A stretch of 61,627 bases of DNA, the filler included, from Porpidia crustulata (lineage: Eukaryota): NCBI GenBank assembly GCA_964255105.1. It is 12 parts of 12 records of this genome, joined end to end, with 100 filler letters (N's around TTAATTAATTAA, not from the genome) between each part and the next. Parts side by side here need not be neighbours in the genome. Positions count along the whole stretch, not along the records: positions 46,343 to 51,371 come from CAXUWE010001927.1; positions 51,472 to 56,500 come from CAXUWE010001928.1; positions 56,601 to 61,627 come from CAXUWE010001929.1; 9 more parts are not named here. One strand, written 5' to 3'. Position numbers and translations under genes: made by a program. Below, in pieces: positions 46,343 through 59,118 of this stretch (the stretch's first letter is position 1; every line of letters starts with the position of its first letter). The notes below the pieces were generated by a model. The model worked only from the letters and a program-made list of their open reading frames with translations, was not told where the DNA came from and did not search any database.

Positions 46343-48127
46343 CCCACCCCTCCCTCTAACCCTGAAATAATAAACCGGCACCCCCATGCCTACGAATGCC
46401 ACCACTACCAGTGTCTGCAATGGCTTGGCAAAGACGGCCCTGCTCACTAGGAATAGACTGACGCAGCAGAAGATGATTGGCGTTGACAGCCAAGTCCGAT
46501 ACGGACGCTCCAGATGCGGCTCCCTGACCCTCAGTACGATGAGGCCCAGCACAGTCAGGAAATAAAAGGTGTAGCCAGCCACGCCATAGAAGGTGATGAG
46601 GGTGCCGAATTCTCCAACGATGACGTAGCCAGCACACAGGAGTGCGTTGAAGACCATGGCGTTAATGGGCGTGAAGCCGAACTCGCCCTCTTCGTCACCG
46701 AGGAGGCGAGCAAGGGTTTTGCTTGCCCAGGAGCGGCGCTGAAGGCGGTTTGCGGCTGCTTCAGTAGTCCCAGGCATGCCGATGCGACCGAAGATTTCGG
46801 GAAGGAAACCTTCTTTACCTGCAGCGTAGACGAGACGGCCACTGGTGAAGGTGGTGGCATTTAGTGCGCCAAAACAGCTTGCGCTCACGGTAAGGGCTAG
46901 GACGAGGGAGCCGATAGGTCCAAAGACAACGGAGCCGAACTGGACAGCAACCGTTGTAGAGGTAGAGATTGTGGACGCGGGTAAGACAAATATGTAGGCG
47001 ATGTTGGCAAGGAGGTAGGAGAGGATGACAAGCGGCATAGCCGTATGGATGACACGGGGGAGGTCACGGTGCGGCGAGACAAACTCGCCAACGACGTAGT
47101 TGGTATTATCCCACCCATCAAAAGCCCAGAGACCGGCGTAGAGGGCGACTGCCCAATTACATGGGTCGGTGGAGGTACCGGAGAACCAGGGACTGCTTTT
47201 CCAGTCTGTTTCCGGTGGACCACCTCGCCAGGTGAAGCCTGTAGCGGCAACCACAATACCAATTATGGTTATCCCGAAGAGTGCGATGAACTTGAAGAAC
47301 ATGAAGACGTCGCCCATACGGGTGCCAAGTTTGGTCGATATACAATTCAACAATGTCACTACCGCCAGTCCTCCCAATGCGACTCCTTTGTTGATCCATG
47401 CACTTGCGTTCTCGGCTTCTGCCCCTACCAGAGCTCGTACAATGTATTCGCCAAAGATTATGGAGATGATGGCAGAGGAGCCAGGCTTCAGCACGAAGAC
47501 AGCGCACCAGGTGAAGAGAAAGCCAGCCAACTCTCCGAATATCTTTGACAGATATACCTGTGCTCCCCCGTTCAATGGAATTGCCCCTCCTAATTCCGCG
47601 TAGCTTGCAGCACCCGTCCAAGCAAGGACCCCAGCCACAGCCCAGACAATCAATGATGCACCGGGTGAGCCGACATTGGTGTTGACCTGACTCGGGGAGG
47701 AGAAAATCCCAGAGCCAATGATCAGGCCAACAATCAGGGATAGGCCGTTCAAGTAGGTGAGTGACTTGTGTTTCTCTAGGGATCTACCATTTAGATCCAA
47801 GGACCCCAAGGTTGGGGCGCCAAGCGCAGTGTATCCGGCTGCTGTTGATGACAGAGGGAAAAGGTTGGAAGCAAAATCGAAGGCTGATGAGACGGAATAC
47901 GAGCGGTTGTGAGGTACGGGGCGCGCAGTATTCTCCGGGTTCGCCTCGAAGAGGGGGTCATCGTCGTCGAGAGACGCTTTCCGAGAGGATGAGACGCCAG
48001 AAGGGGAAGATGACTGCGATCTGCGAGACGAGGTCGGAGTGGAGGAAGCGAGGGAAGCGAGCTCAAGAGAGTCTCTGGGGGTTTGCGATAATGGTAAAGT
48101 GAGTTTAGCGTAGCCAGAGCGGGACAT
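46343..48127 (-). CDS. APC-superfamily LAT-type amino acid permease; extreme 3' end cut
   Basis: GLIIGSGIFSSP, SYAELGGAIPLNGG, GLWAFDGWDN, P.RDLPR, SCFGALN, LERPYR; about 12 hydrophobic segments. Confidence 0.94.
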
Positions 48128-48449
48128 GTCAGAATGGAAGATGAAGTAGGCTATATACTTCTTTGTCGTCGTCGTCGCAGAATCATGATATTAGACTGAG
48201 CCTGAAACTGGAAGGAGATGTGAAAGTCTTGGAAGTCATTAATATAAACAGCAAGTAGCTCGAACATCAGCATCATTTAGAAGGAGTCGCTTTGGAAGAG
48301 AATGCGCTTCCCGCTTTCGGCCATTCGGCTATTGGAGGCTAGTAGGGGTGAAGGGATGATATACACCCCTTGGATACTTCCTATTAAATTATCTCTATTT
48401 CCTTTGTTGATCCGAATAATCACTAATCTACAGAGTTCATTAGTCTCAG

Positions 48450-49649
48450 ATGCCCTATTTCTTTTCGCCTCAAAGGAATTGTATGAAATCTTTGAATCTA
48501 AAGATATTATCCGCGATTGCAAGATTTCCTAAGCGCGATTTCGCTTCAAGTACTCCTCCAACTCGGTCTCCTACTAAATCAAGGTGGCCAATCTTTGCTC
48601 TGGGCTTCAGTAGTGGTCTTGCAGCATCTCTCGCCGTCATTGCCTACAATGAGAACAAATCTGATCAGGTCTTGAACCCCACCAACTTTACGCCTTTCAT
48701 CCTTGTCGGAAAAGATCGTATCTCTTCTACAAGCAGTGTCTTTACTCTTCAACCCATACTTACGGCAAAGAACTCCCAAGTTTACATTGATGCCTGGAAG
48801 AAGGGCGTGTGGAGTCTTCAGGTGAAGCAGCCCCAACTACAGATCGCAAGGGCTTACACCCCATTGCCGCCTTTGGATGGCGAAGGAATCATATCTCGCA
48901 ATGCCTTGAAATTCCTTATCCGTGAGGAGCCTCGGGGAGAAGTCTCTGGGTATCTTCATAGACTTCCGTTGGGCGCAACAGTAGATCTTCGCGGTCCGCA
49001 CTTGGAGTTCGAAATTCCAAAGGACATCGATGAGGTGCTCTTCATCGCGGGAGGCACTGGTATAGCGCCGGCCTTGCAAGTCGCACACAGTCTGACACAG
49101 GTAGGATCTGAGACCGCTAGGATACGTATTTTGTGGGCAAATAGAAAGCGGGAAGATTCACTCGGCGGTACGAGTGACCCTTTTCAGATACAACAGGAAT
49201 ACTCTTGGATCAAGTCAAAATCTGTACCTAGGTACTTGTCAGCTCCAGCATCCATAGAACAACCTATCAATTCGTCGCCGCAAGAAACAGCCCTTGTCAA
49301 ACAACTTAATGCTCTGAAAGCGAAACGCCCCTTGAAAATCAGTATTGAGTATTTTGTAGATGAAGAAGACAGTTTCATCACGGAGAGCCTATTGAAAGCC
49401 CGTCTAAATGATCTCCGGCTTGAAGATTATTACCACCTGCAACCTTACACTGGACGAGAAGGGCCTGAACTCGTACTTGATTCAGAACGTCGACCGGGGA
49501 GGAAATTGGTCCTAATTTCGGGACCAGACGGCTTCGTCAAACATCATGCTGGCCCCAAGGTTTGGAAAGAAGGCCAGGAAACTCAAGGAGCCCTGGGTGG
49601 TGTGCTGAAGAATATTAATCCCAAGGGCTGGGAAGTGTGGAAGCTCTGA
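48450..49649 (+). CDS. CYC2: Cyc2-like mitochondrial flavoprotein (cytochrome b5 reductase fold)
   Basis: KQPQLQIARAYTPLP, GEVSGYLH, LRGP, IAGGTGIAPALQ, ISGPDGFV..AGPK..QGALGGVL. Confidence 0.85.
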   Translation: MPYFFSPQRNCMKSLNLKILSAIARFPKRDFASSTPPTRSPTKSRWPIFALGFSSGLAASLAVIAYNENKSDQVLNPTNFTPFILVGKDRISSTSSVFTLQPILTAKNSQVYIDAWKKGVWSLQVKQPQLQIARAYTPLPPLDGEGIISRNALKFLIREEPRGEVSGYLHRLPLGATVDLRGPHLEFEIPKDIDEVLFIAGGTGIAPALQVAHSLTQVGSETARIRILWANRKREDSLGGTSDPFQIQQEYSWIKSKSVPRYLSAPASIEQPINSSPQETALVKQLNALKAKRPLKISIEYFVDEEDSFITESLLKARLNDLRLEDYYHLQPYTGREGPELVLDSERRPGRKLVLISGPDGFVKHHAGPKVWKEGQETQGALGGVLKNINPKGWEVWKL

Positions 49650-51371
49650 ATATGATGCCAACATATTCTACTTATCCTGTCCCGAATCGGAGATAGCGGA
49701 ACCTTCAAGGCCATTGATAGGTCTTCTGTTACGAATTTGAGACTACAGTGGTAATCTTCAGCATGACTTTGAACTATGGTTTTTTAAGGCGTTCATTAGC
49801 AGCAAGATTCCCCTCTTACGATTCGCAACCGTAATAGTGCAAAAACGGCGCCATTCAAAAACTTCATGATTTCCACTACGAGCTCTAGTCATTAGATTGC
49901 ATTACCACACCGGATTTCCCGTTTCGCTATAGCCAGCAGAGGACCAGGCCTTCTCTCTCGGAGTGAATCATATAAAATCACAATCATGAGAAATTGTCAC
50001 ATCTGGTCATCGAAATACCGCCACTCCATATTTCTCATACTTTATTTTCATTCGAGGCTGCAACAATTGTCGACCTTTCGCATACGCAAGACCAGCCTCT
50101 GCAAGAAGCAACCGAACCCACTCTAGAGCCTTTATCTTCTTTTCCGTCTTTCGTTACCCCTACATCTTCCTCTTCTTACTCCCATCATGCTCAAACAAAA
50201 ATTTTTGGTCTCCGTTTCTTTCTCATGTTTTTCCTCTATATCTCTGTCATCTGTTTTCTAAATCAATATCCTTCTGCTCTCCCGTCGCGCTTACTCCAAT
50301 CTATTTGATAAAGCATTATACAAGCCTTCTCTCAGTCGACTTTGTCCATCGGTTCTCATTTCACGCATCAATGGCTCGGTTTTCTCTTTCTCTTCTGCGT
50401 TTAAATTTATCGGTGGAGTTTTCGTATCAGTAGCAATGTAAAGTAGGTCTTGTATCGACCCCCTTTCTGATCAGCTGTTCTAATCCTTCCATCAACACAT
50501 ATCTTCGGTCTTCTCTACATTGCCAGCTCAATCACCAGACTGAGGACGAGAAGTGTTATCACTCGTTCATTCATATCAGCCCAGGGGTATAATCCTCCTT
50601 CTCGCGCGGCTCTTTCTTCTGTGCGCCCTGTACCTCTTTTCACAGTCGCAAGATCATTAATCCCTACTGTGATTGATGTCCTCACCGCGTTTGCCGACTA
50701 GCAGCTGCATATATACTGACGAAAACAGACTGGGGTTCTTGCCTAAGCAGGGAATTCTGCTTGCAGGTGAAGGAGGGAGGATGCAGAGAGACCAAAGGAG
50801 GTCTGATACGTGGAGTTTGGAGTTTCGTGTTTCGGTTCTTGGAATGATGTTTCACACCTTGATGCTTGAATTTGGATATCGACACGTCTGTCGGCATTCC
50901 CTGTACTCCGCTCGTGCATTATTCATCTATTTCCTCGCCATGATAAGTTTCGCACAGGCTAAAGCCACCGTAATACCCCCCTTGTCGCACACCGCAACAA
51001 GACCTCGCATACCATCGCATTGATCTTTGTCCATCCAGCCAGCTCTCCAGAAGAAATCAGTATATCGCAAGTCACAAATACATCGAGCAGCATCGAGTAT
51101 CCGCAAATCCACTCCGTTTGGAACACAAAAACATAATCCTAAACGGATAGGATAGCAAGATTGATAATGCGGGTTGTAAAAGAGATAGGTTCGGATGCCG
51201 CAGCTTTGATGGAGAGCGAAGCTAAAGTAGGGCAATGCGATGAATACTGGTTGGAGGTTTATTGACAAATTTCCATCAACGTAAATGACTCAATTATAAT
51301 ACTGAATTTTTGGAGGATTCCGGAGTTGGCATATGTGGATTATCAAAGTGGTGGGTTGGATTGATTGAGAG

Positions 51372-51471
51372 NNNNNNNNNNNNNNNNNNNNNNNNNNNNN
51401 NNNNNNNNNNNNNNNTTAATTAATTAANNNNNNNNNNNNNNNNNNNNNNNNNNNNNNNNNNNNNNNNNNNN
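51372..51471. other. Artificial contig linker 10
   Basis: N44-TTAATTAATTAA-N44. Confidence 0.98.
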
Positions 51472-53231
51472 CGGTGAGGGATCGCGAGGACGATGGTTAC
51501 TGCCTGGGGTCTCATAGTGAAAATGAAAGCTTTGATAGTAGACTTGACCCAAATAGAAAAAGTCTAAAAGAGACGACGAGAAAACTTGTTCTAAATAGGA
51601 GAAATAAAAACGAGGGAAATAGAACAAAACCGATGGAATCCTTCTTAAAGCTATTCCCAAACTGCATTCGCGGTGCTGACACCAGTCTAATGAATCCTCG
51701 AAGCCAGTCCCAAACATCGCATATGCAAAGCCCTCGTCACTCAGAGACGTCCTCCTCGTTGTCGTCGAAGTGGGGTCGAGACCGGACAACGCCAGTAATG
51801 GAGAGAGAATCGATGCATACTGCTTGAGCATAGCCGATTGTGCATACAGGACTGAGGAAATCTTATTGGTTTTTGGACTGTGGCTTCGTGAGTCTCGCTT
51901 CTGGAAAGCTGCGGATGAGCAGAAGGAGGGGACGATACAGCAGCTTATGGGCCACGGTCGTGGTCTTGAATGTTATTCTTTCGTGCTTTGGATCGTTTTA
52001 GTTGTTTGAGTCCTTGATCACAGTTGAGCCCTCTCGGAGTTACCTGAGTCGAAGAAAGTATTAAAGTAATGCTCGTCAGGAATTTCGTTAGAGCCACAAT
52101 ATGCTGCTGAATTTCAAAACAACTTCACCCAGATCCACAACTCTATGTATGATCTTTCTGGTCACATTCTTACAGGGTGCATATATTAAAGTGGTGTCGA
52201 TGTAATCACAACACACCCTTATCCTCAGCTCATCTGTAAGTATTAAAGTTTACGTCGCATCGCAGCGAAATTCATCGTCTGAAAGAAGTCGTTCCACCTT
52301 CGGAGTAAACAGCCAGCATTTTAGGCTCTTAGAAAAGGGTTGGCATCTCTCACAACAGAATTCCGAGGATCGTAGCTCTGGTGCAATAGCCTGATCACGG
52401 AACAGCTTGCGGCGTATCTGTGCCCCGATGTATGATGGTGCTTGATGATTTATTAGAGAAATATGCACAATTCTACGCGCCTTTGGTCCTAATCACCTTT
52501 ATGATAGGACCGCTAGTCTACTTTAGGCAGTTGCTAGTAACGTTGGTTTTTGTCGTCTGCTTTCTACTCCTTGACCAACTCGCCAACTCAGCAGAGCATC
52601 TGCCTTTCGCTCTTCATAAACATTGGCATCAAAACTGAACGTCCATGGCTCGGATGAGGCTAGCGCCTGTAAAGTGAACGCTAAGGGATAGCGTCAAGAC
52701 GCCGCCTCGACTCCGGCTGTGACGAGATCGGAATCTACAAATGGGATCGAGGGTTGAAGGAGACGAGGACGCTGCCGCTTGCTTTCATTACAAATGCCGT
52801 GAAGATGGTAGTGTCGTTCGAGTTTGTATTCAAAGGCATAGCCGTTTGCGCATATCGCATCTGTCGCATCTTGACCCTTAAAACTTTCCTCAAATCGAAA
52901 CTCGAATCCGCTGGGAGTACACATATTTAGAGGTTTCCGTCGTTGGAAATCAAATGCAAACTTTTCAAATCACAAAGGTTGAATCCATCAGATGATGCAT
53001 TTTCTCCCTGAGAATCCATTCGTGGTCTTCATTACGTTCCTGAAGTTCGGAATCGAAGTGCGAGCAGCTGGCCTGGAAAAAAGCCTGTCGGGGATATATG
53101 ATGCAGAGGCTACTGCACCGAACAGTTTCAAAGCCATCAGAGACGGAACGGCGAATAGCTCCCGGTAGATCTCCCTCCACCTTAGTATGAGCTTGCCTCT
53201 GCGCTTGGGGAAAGCTTTGCATACCGAAATC

Positions 53232-54058
53232 ATGCGCGTTCACGCGGTTAACCCGACAATTTCTTGATTTAGTCTGCAGTCTGTCTTTGATGTTAGTATT
53301 AGCGACCCCAACGGGGCTGATCTCTCGGAATCCATATCAGTCCTCCATCATCCCGACCACGGCTTTCAATCCTCCCAGAGTCAGCTCAGGAAAAGGGACC
53401 CTTCACGACCCCTCAACACCTGCGACGACAACATTTCGCAATTTAGATTCTCCTATTGCAAACGCACGGTCAGCCCTCAAGCGTACCAGATCCGTTGCAG
53501 GCACCCGAGGACATTTCGGCCAAAGATAATCGATGGCGCCTGCACAGCCTCCGAAATATGCATCGACCGCAAGCTTGGCCCCACGCAATATAGCAGACCT
53601 GTCACTAGGCTGTTGTCTTACTGTGTCAGTACCAAGAACTTCGTCCACATTGCCATAGCGGCGTTGCAAGATAGCTCGACGAGTACACCGTTCCACGAGA
53701 CTCCCGGTGACGCCTCTAATTTTGCAGTTGAAGCGGTGATGACGGGATTGGACAATACTACCAGCGTATTCGCGCGAAACCTGACAATACAGGCGCAAGA
53801 ACAAAGTACAAACGCCCAGCCATGGGACACTTTGGCCCAAGGGTCCAATACGTGCAGCAATTGTGCGGCGATTGCGATCGGTGAGTAGACATCTGGACTG
53901 GCCAAAGAAAACGCACCTAGTGAGGAGAGACGCTAACCGTGGAATTTGTTTAAGACCCAGTCCCCAGTGGAACATCGAGGATAAAGGTCGACATCGTAAT
54001 GAAGTCCGACGCTTCCCAGGGTTTGCTGTACCTCACAACGTCAAGAGACGAGCTGTGA
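53232..54058 (+). pseudogene. Cys-rich secreted-type protein with TGA at codon 12 (53265-53267), one intron, C-terminal RDEL
   Basis: MRVHAVNPTIS*FSLQ..QLRKR/DPSRPLNTCDD..FSYCKRTVSPQAYQIRC..GACTASEICID..SYCVSTKNFV..CSNCAAIAI, intron GTGAGT..GCTAAC..TAAG, then DPVPSG..SRDEL*. Confidence 0.6.
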
Positions 54059-54569
54059 AGCTGATCTCATCCTTCGGTTGTTCTCGTAAAGGTGTCAATC
54101 AACAAATAGACCGTCTTCAAGCAAAAACGCTTCGCCAAATTCTGACTTTCATTCAGGGCTCCTTGGCCACAAAAGCTGCTATCACGAGTCTGAACCAAGA
54201 TATGACTCCAAAGTCATTGGAATTGGTACCGATGCCGAAATCCGCCTGGCTCGGGTAGAAAATTCGGTATTAAGCCGAAAAAGGCGATTCGCGCGTCTGG
54301 AGCTTGCGCCACAAGGCCACCTAGCCAGCCCGTCGAAACCCCCAAACATATTTAAATAACACCCTGCGAAATCCCACAGTAGAAATTTTTCGAGACGCAT
54401 ATCGATACGGACAAGGCGTTGGATCCAGAAGCTTTGATGCTTGTATATATGTAGGTATAAATATTCTCCCCTCATTCTCAGAGTACCTTCCGGAGATAGC
54501 TTCAACAGATTAAAGTAGGCAGGAACTTCAACCACGCACGCCCACGGCCAAAAAAACTTCATCAAGCCT

Positions 54570-55208
54570 TTACTTGCCATTCAACCGAACAATCTCCCCG
54601 GAGGCAACCTCTGTCGCCCCCACCGTAACGCTAAAACTATTTTCATAAGGCAAGTCCCCGTTGTGGCCGTGCACCAACGACACCCCCATGGCGCAGATTA
54701 CATTGAACACCTCCCGGTACCAAATGCCATGGTCGCCCACGGCCTGCACGGTGAATTGATAGTCGCCATCGACCACTGTCCAGCGCCCGCCGTGAATGCG
54801 GGCGTTACCGTTTGTGCCAAGGTTGTTAGTGATAGTATCGAAGGCGGCGACAAGAAGGTTCTCCATGGCGAGGGCTGTCATGGCGTAGGCCTGGAGGCGG
54901 AAGCGCACAACGAGGTTGGAGTCGTCGAAGGTAAAAGGGGGGAGCCAATCGCGCTTCTGCATAGCCGGGGCATTGCGGAGGACGAGGTCTCGTTTTCTAT
55001 GTGGGGTTTAGTATGATAAAAACCGAACCTTGGGATGTTTTACGGAGATGACATACTTTATCGGGGGTAGAGGGGCGGGAGCACCGACGTCGCCGGATTT
55101 CTTGAAGTTGGATTCCATGAGACCCATCCTCTGCTCAACTTGGAGCCTCGTCATGGCTAATGCGTAACCGGTTAGGAGTAGGATAGCGGCACACTTGAAA
55201 AGCTGCAT
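54570..55208 (-). CDS. Small secreted protein with two KR sites, one intron
   Basis: MQLFKCAAILLLTGYALA signal peptide; GTATGT..ACTAAAC..TAG intron joins to KKR/DLVLRNAPAMQKR/DWLPPF; ends ASGEIVRLNGK. Confidence 0.78.
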
Positions 55209-56440
55209 CGTAGCAGTAGAGGTGAATACTAAACTCCCCACGGGACTCCTTAGACGTTATATATTATCAATAGATAATCTTGGAATGTGGAAAAGTCTTG
55301 AGGTGTTGAGATGGTGTATTTGAGTAGAGATGCAGGTGTATGGATACTTTTATATAGATAATAGAGTCGCTCATCCCTTTTACTTGATTCAGTTCATGTT
55401 CCGCCATCTGAGGCAATATGACGGGAAGATATGGATTTACGGCAACGATTAGGGCCTGTCCTGTCGGTCATCAAGCATCACGCCGAGAAATAGTACTATG
55501 ATGGATCAACTCGCCTCGGACGAGGCCGCGCTATGTCGACCTATAAAGAGTGTTTCAAGCCGCCATACCAAGATGCTGAAGGGAGCTAGAACGCTATAAC
55601 ATGTGGCTATGCCCTGCAAGTCTAGCCTTGAGACGATCTCTTAGTGTTTGCACTTGTATATGCAGGAAATGCTATATCCAGAAATCGTAAGGCCGAGATT
55701 TGAAAATTTAAATGTTTTGGCACATCACTAATAATGGTGAAACAGAAAACATGGAATATGGGCTAACTGCGTACACCCAAGTTTTTCAAAATTAGAGGAT
55801 TCGAAGCTGAGGGTGAAATAATCAATCCCAGGACATTTCCACTATGGTATTCTTCACGAGCCTCTTGGTCCTGGTGTGGCGAACTAAGTAGCTGAAGAGC
55901 CAATAGAGGAGCTTTTCGCCGTTCCAAATTACCACACAAGGGGTGCAATGCTTTGGTATCATCGTAGGTCCGACGCTTGACGGTCATGGCGTCCACCACA
56001 TAAGCTCCTGAGGCTGTCTTACATTTGCACAGACCCATCAGGAGCTTCAGCCCACGATCACATTGCTGTGTCCATCATAAGGATCGGATCCCAGGGTTCC
56101 ATGGCTGATTAGAGGGGGGGGGGACATTGGTGTTTATTTTAGAGACGTCGAACGGAAATAGGTACTTAAATCAGATCTCGGGTCACAGGGGCCCGTCATT
56201 CGTGTTCCCAGAGACGGAATTATATCCTGGCATCAGATGAGAGCATTTAGAGATCAGACTCGAAAGATATAAGCCTGGAAATGGGATTGGTTCGTTACAA
56301 TAGCTCGTGCCGTGTCTGCTAAGCTCAGACATAATGATGAAACGTCCGTGTAGGTCGGACGATTTCGCGGAAGTCGCGCTTATAGAAAACTCGGCTATCA
56401 AACCTCGGCTACTCGTTCCCACCCCCCAACGGTCCGCCCT

Positions 56441-56476
56441 ACCTAGGGTTAGGGCTAAAGCGTAGGGTTAGGGTTA
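56441..56476 (+). repeat. Short interstitial telomere-type motif cluster
   Basis: ACCTAGGGTTAGGGCT..TAGGGTTAGGGTTA; first 16 nt are identical to the reverse complement of 2877-2892. Confidence 0.7.
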
Positions 56477-56500
56477 TATTGACTAATCTTAACTAGCGCG

Positions 56501-56600
56501 NNNNNNNNNNNNNNNNNNNNNNNNNNNNNNNNNNNNNNNNNNNNTTAATTAATTAANNNNNNNNNNNNNNNNNNNNNNNNNNNNNNNNNNNNNNNNNNNN
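56501..56600. other. Artificial contig linker 11
   Basis: N44-TTAATTAATTAA-N44. Confidence 0.98.
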
Positions 56601-57182
56601 GTGTGGATCTATCCACCATACCAGCAATATTCACTGCTGTGGTTGAATCATCTAGATATGCGAAGTCTAACGACCTTCCCAAAATAGTCATCAATACATA
56701 CAGCTTATGCTCTATTCTCACCAACAAAGAAGAAAATTCTCAGTATGCAATTCAACATTCCTAGAGCCGCTCACAACACCCAGGCAGCGCCTCGGTGGTG
56801 TTGTCGATCTCTTTGTGATGGGTTTTTTCTTCCAGGTGGGGATCGTTAATGGTGATTTTGAAACTTCCATCTACCTCGCCGCGTACCTGCCGTTTGAGAT
56901 ACCAAAACGAAACCAAAATCACAGACTCAAAATTCTCTTGCATCGTTTATATTCCTGAATAGAAAAAAACTTGGAGATTTATGGTCATGATATCTTGATC
57001 ACAATCATCCGGAAGAATGGAAGAAATTTAGAAAGAAAGGTGTGAGAGCTAGGTTTTGAAGGTATCGGGAAGGACGAAGAAGGGGCTAGGGGCACGAATG
57101 GAATAGGGATGGAAGGTTGATGGACGGTATTGGGTATTTGATCTGTTATACTTGGTATGGATGTTTATGACATGGTGGATAT

Positions 57183-57331
57183 ATATATATCATATACACC
57201 CCGAACTTAGGATTGGAAATTGCCATTCTGGGTCTGGAAAGGGAGCAGGGCCGCTTTAGAGAGAGCACCGAGGTAGCAAGGGGGCGCAACAAGGGAGCAG
57301 TGAGCGAGCACGAGGGAGCACTGGGGGAGCA
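57183..57331 (+). repeat. Dispersed repeat copy 1 (TA-rich start, GGGAGCA-rich tail)
   Basis: Aligns without gaps to 61297-61445, 109/149 identical by hand count. Confidence 0.85.
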
Positions 57332-57354
57332 TCCCATCCTCTGTATCCGATTCC

Positions 57355-58888
57355 ATGGAAAGCTGGCTAAAAAATTCTGGAGCGGTCGGCCTGAACGACT
57401 TGGAGCTCGCCAATTTTCAGGTCACGGGGCGTGGTGTTAGATCACTGCAGTATTTTAAGGAAGGAGAAAGGGCTCTCACCATTCCATGTGGCATTCTCTG
57501 GACAGTCGAACATGCATATGCTGATCCCCTTCTGGGGCCAGCCCTTCGCTCTGCGCAGCCGCCCTTGACTGTCGAAGACACCTTGGCGATATATATCCTC
57601 TTCGTCCGATCACGCATGTCGGGATACAATGGCCTGCGAAGCCATGTGACGGCCTTACCTACGAGCTACTCTTCAAGCATCTTTTTTACCGAGAACGAGT
57701 TGAAAGTCTGCGCTGGGACCTCACTGTACACCACAACGAAGCAGCTAAAGCGACAGATTGAGGAGGACTACACGGGATTGGTCGCGCGAATTTTTGGACA
57801 GTATCAAGATCTTTTTCCCCTCGACAAATTCACCATCGAAGATGTAGGTGTTACATGGATGATGGATGTGACGAATCAAATGCTAACCTGTATTTCCCTT
57901 ACTCTTAGTATAAGTGGGCTCTCTCCACTGTATGGAGTCGTGGGATGGATTTTGTGCTGCCGGATGGAAATTCGATTCGATTGTTGGCACCCTTCGCGGA
58001 CATGTTGAACCACTCTTCTGAGGTTAAGTAGTGTCACGTCTACGATGCCTCGTCCGGAAATCTCTCTGTCCTTGCGGGGAAAGACTACAAAGTCGGAGAT
58101 CAGGTATGTTCTTTTTGTTCTCTGGCGGTGCTAGATTTGTGGTTGTAACATGGGACATATTCTTTCAGGTTTTTATCAATTATGTTCCCCTTCCGAATAA
58201 CCGCCTTTTACGTCTCTATGGCTTCGTCTCATCGAGTAATCCCAACGACAGCTATGATATCGTCCTTTCAACGCACCCTACGGCCCCATTTTGGGAGCAG
58301 AAGCAAAAGCTCTGGATATCGGCTGGACTCGATTCGGCCTGTACCATCTCCCTCACTCTCACCGATCCGCTACCGAAAAATGTCCTTCGATACCTCCGTA
58401 TTCAGCGATTGGACGAATCAGATCTCTCCGTCATACAAGTCGACGCTACGGATGGAATAATTAACGAACCGAATGAGGTGGAAGTCCTGCAATTTTTAGT
58501 GGACTCATTCTGTGGTCTTCTGGAAAATTTCGGAACTCAATTGGGAACGCTAGAAGAACAACTCGCAGCGAGCGTCCATCCTCCGGGAGGGAACGCATGG
58601 GCCGCGGCGCACGTCAGCGTGGGCGAACAGCGGGTATTGAGATTGGCGAGGAAGAGAGCGGAGGATCTGTTAGCGGCGGCAGAGAGCGGACGTGGGAGAA
58701 GGGGAGATTTGTCGCCACTGGCGCGATGCGCGAATTGCGACAAGGTTTCTGGGCCTTTCATGCTGTGTGGGAGGTGCAAAGCGGTGATTTATTGTACGCG
58801 GACGTGTCAGGTCGCTCATTACAAAGAGCACAAGGTCGTATGTCGAGTCATAAGCACAGCTTCAAAGAATGGTTCGGAGATGAAATAG
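57355..58888 (+). pseudogene. SET-domain (Rubisco-LSMT/SETD3-like) methyltransferase with C-terminal MYND finger; in-frame TAG at 58029-58031; 2 introns
   Basis: TGRGV, YKWALSTVWSRGMDF, LAPFADMLNHSSEVK*CHVYD, VFINY..NNRLLRLYGFV, CANC..CGRCKAVIYC..CQVAHYKEHKVVC. Confidence 0.85.
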
Positions 58889-59118
58889 AAAGATCTTCGA
58901 CCAATCCACTCCTTATGCCACCCGTCTTCAACTGCTATAATAGTACCTCCTTGAGGCATCCTCAGGCTAGGTTAGCTCCACCGCAACGTAGCCTTCTCCG
59001 TTCTCTTCCTAGCTTCTATCACATTCAATTTTGCAGCATCTTTCTATCGCAGACAACCTTGAAACAAAGGTCTAGATTTTGATAGTGACCAATCCGATCT
59101 TTCTTTGTCTACATAGGG

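Noticed and set aside
56441..56500. True telomere
   Set aside because: Only two pairs of units, followed by unique sequence before the contig end.
5069..56600. Regularly spaced TTAATTAATTAA repeats every ~5.1 kb
   Set aside because: They are identical N-padded assembly linkers and the contigs are length-sorted. ORFs ending in XXXLIN are artefacts, and no cross-linker gene clusters can be inferred.
56601..56960. Possible transposase fragment
   Set aside because: No DDE, RT or Rep motif could be identified.
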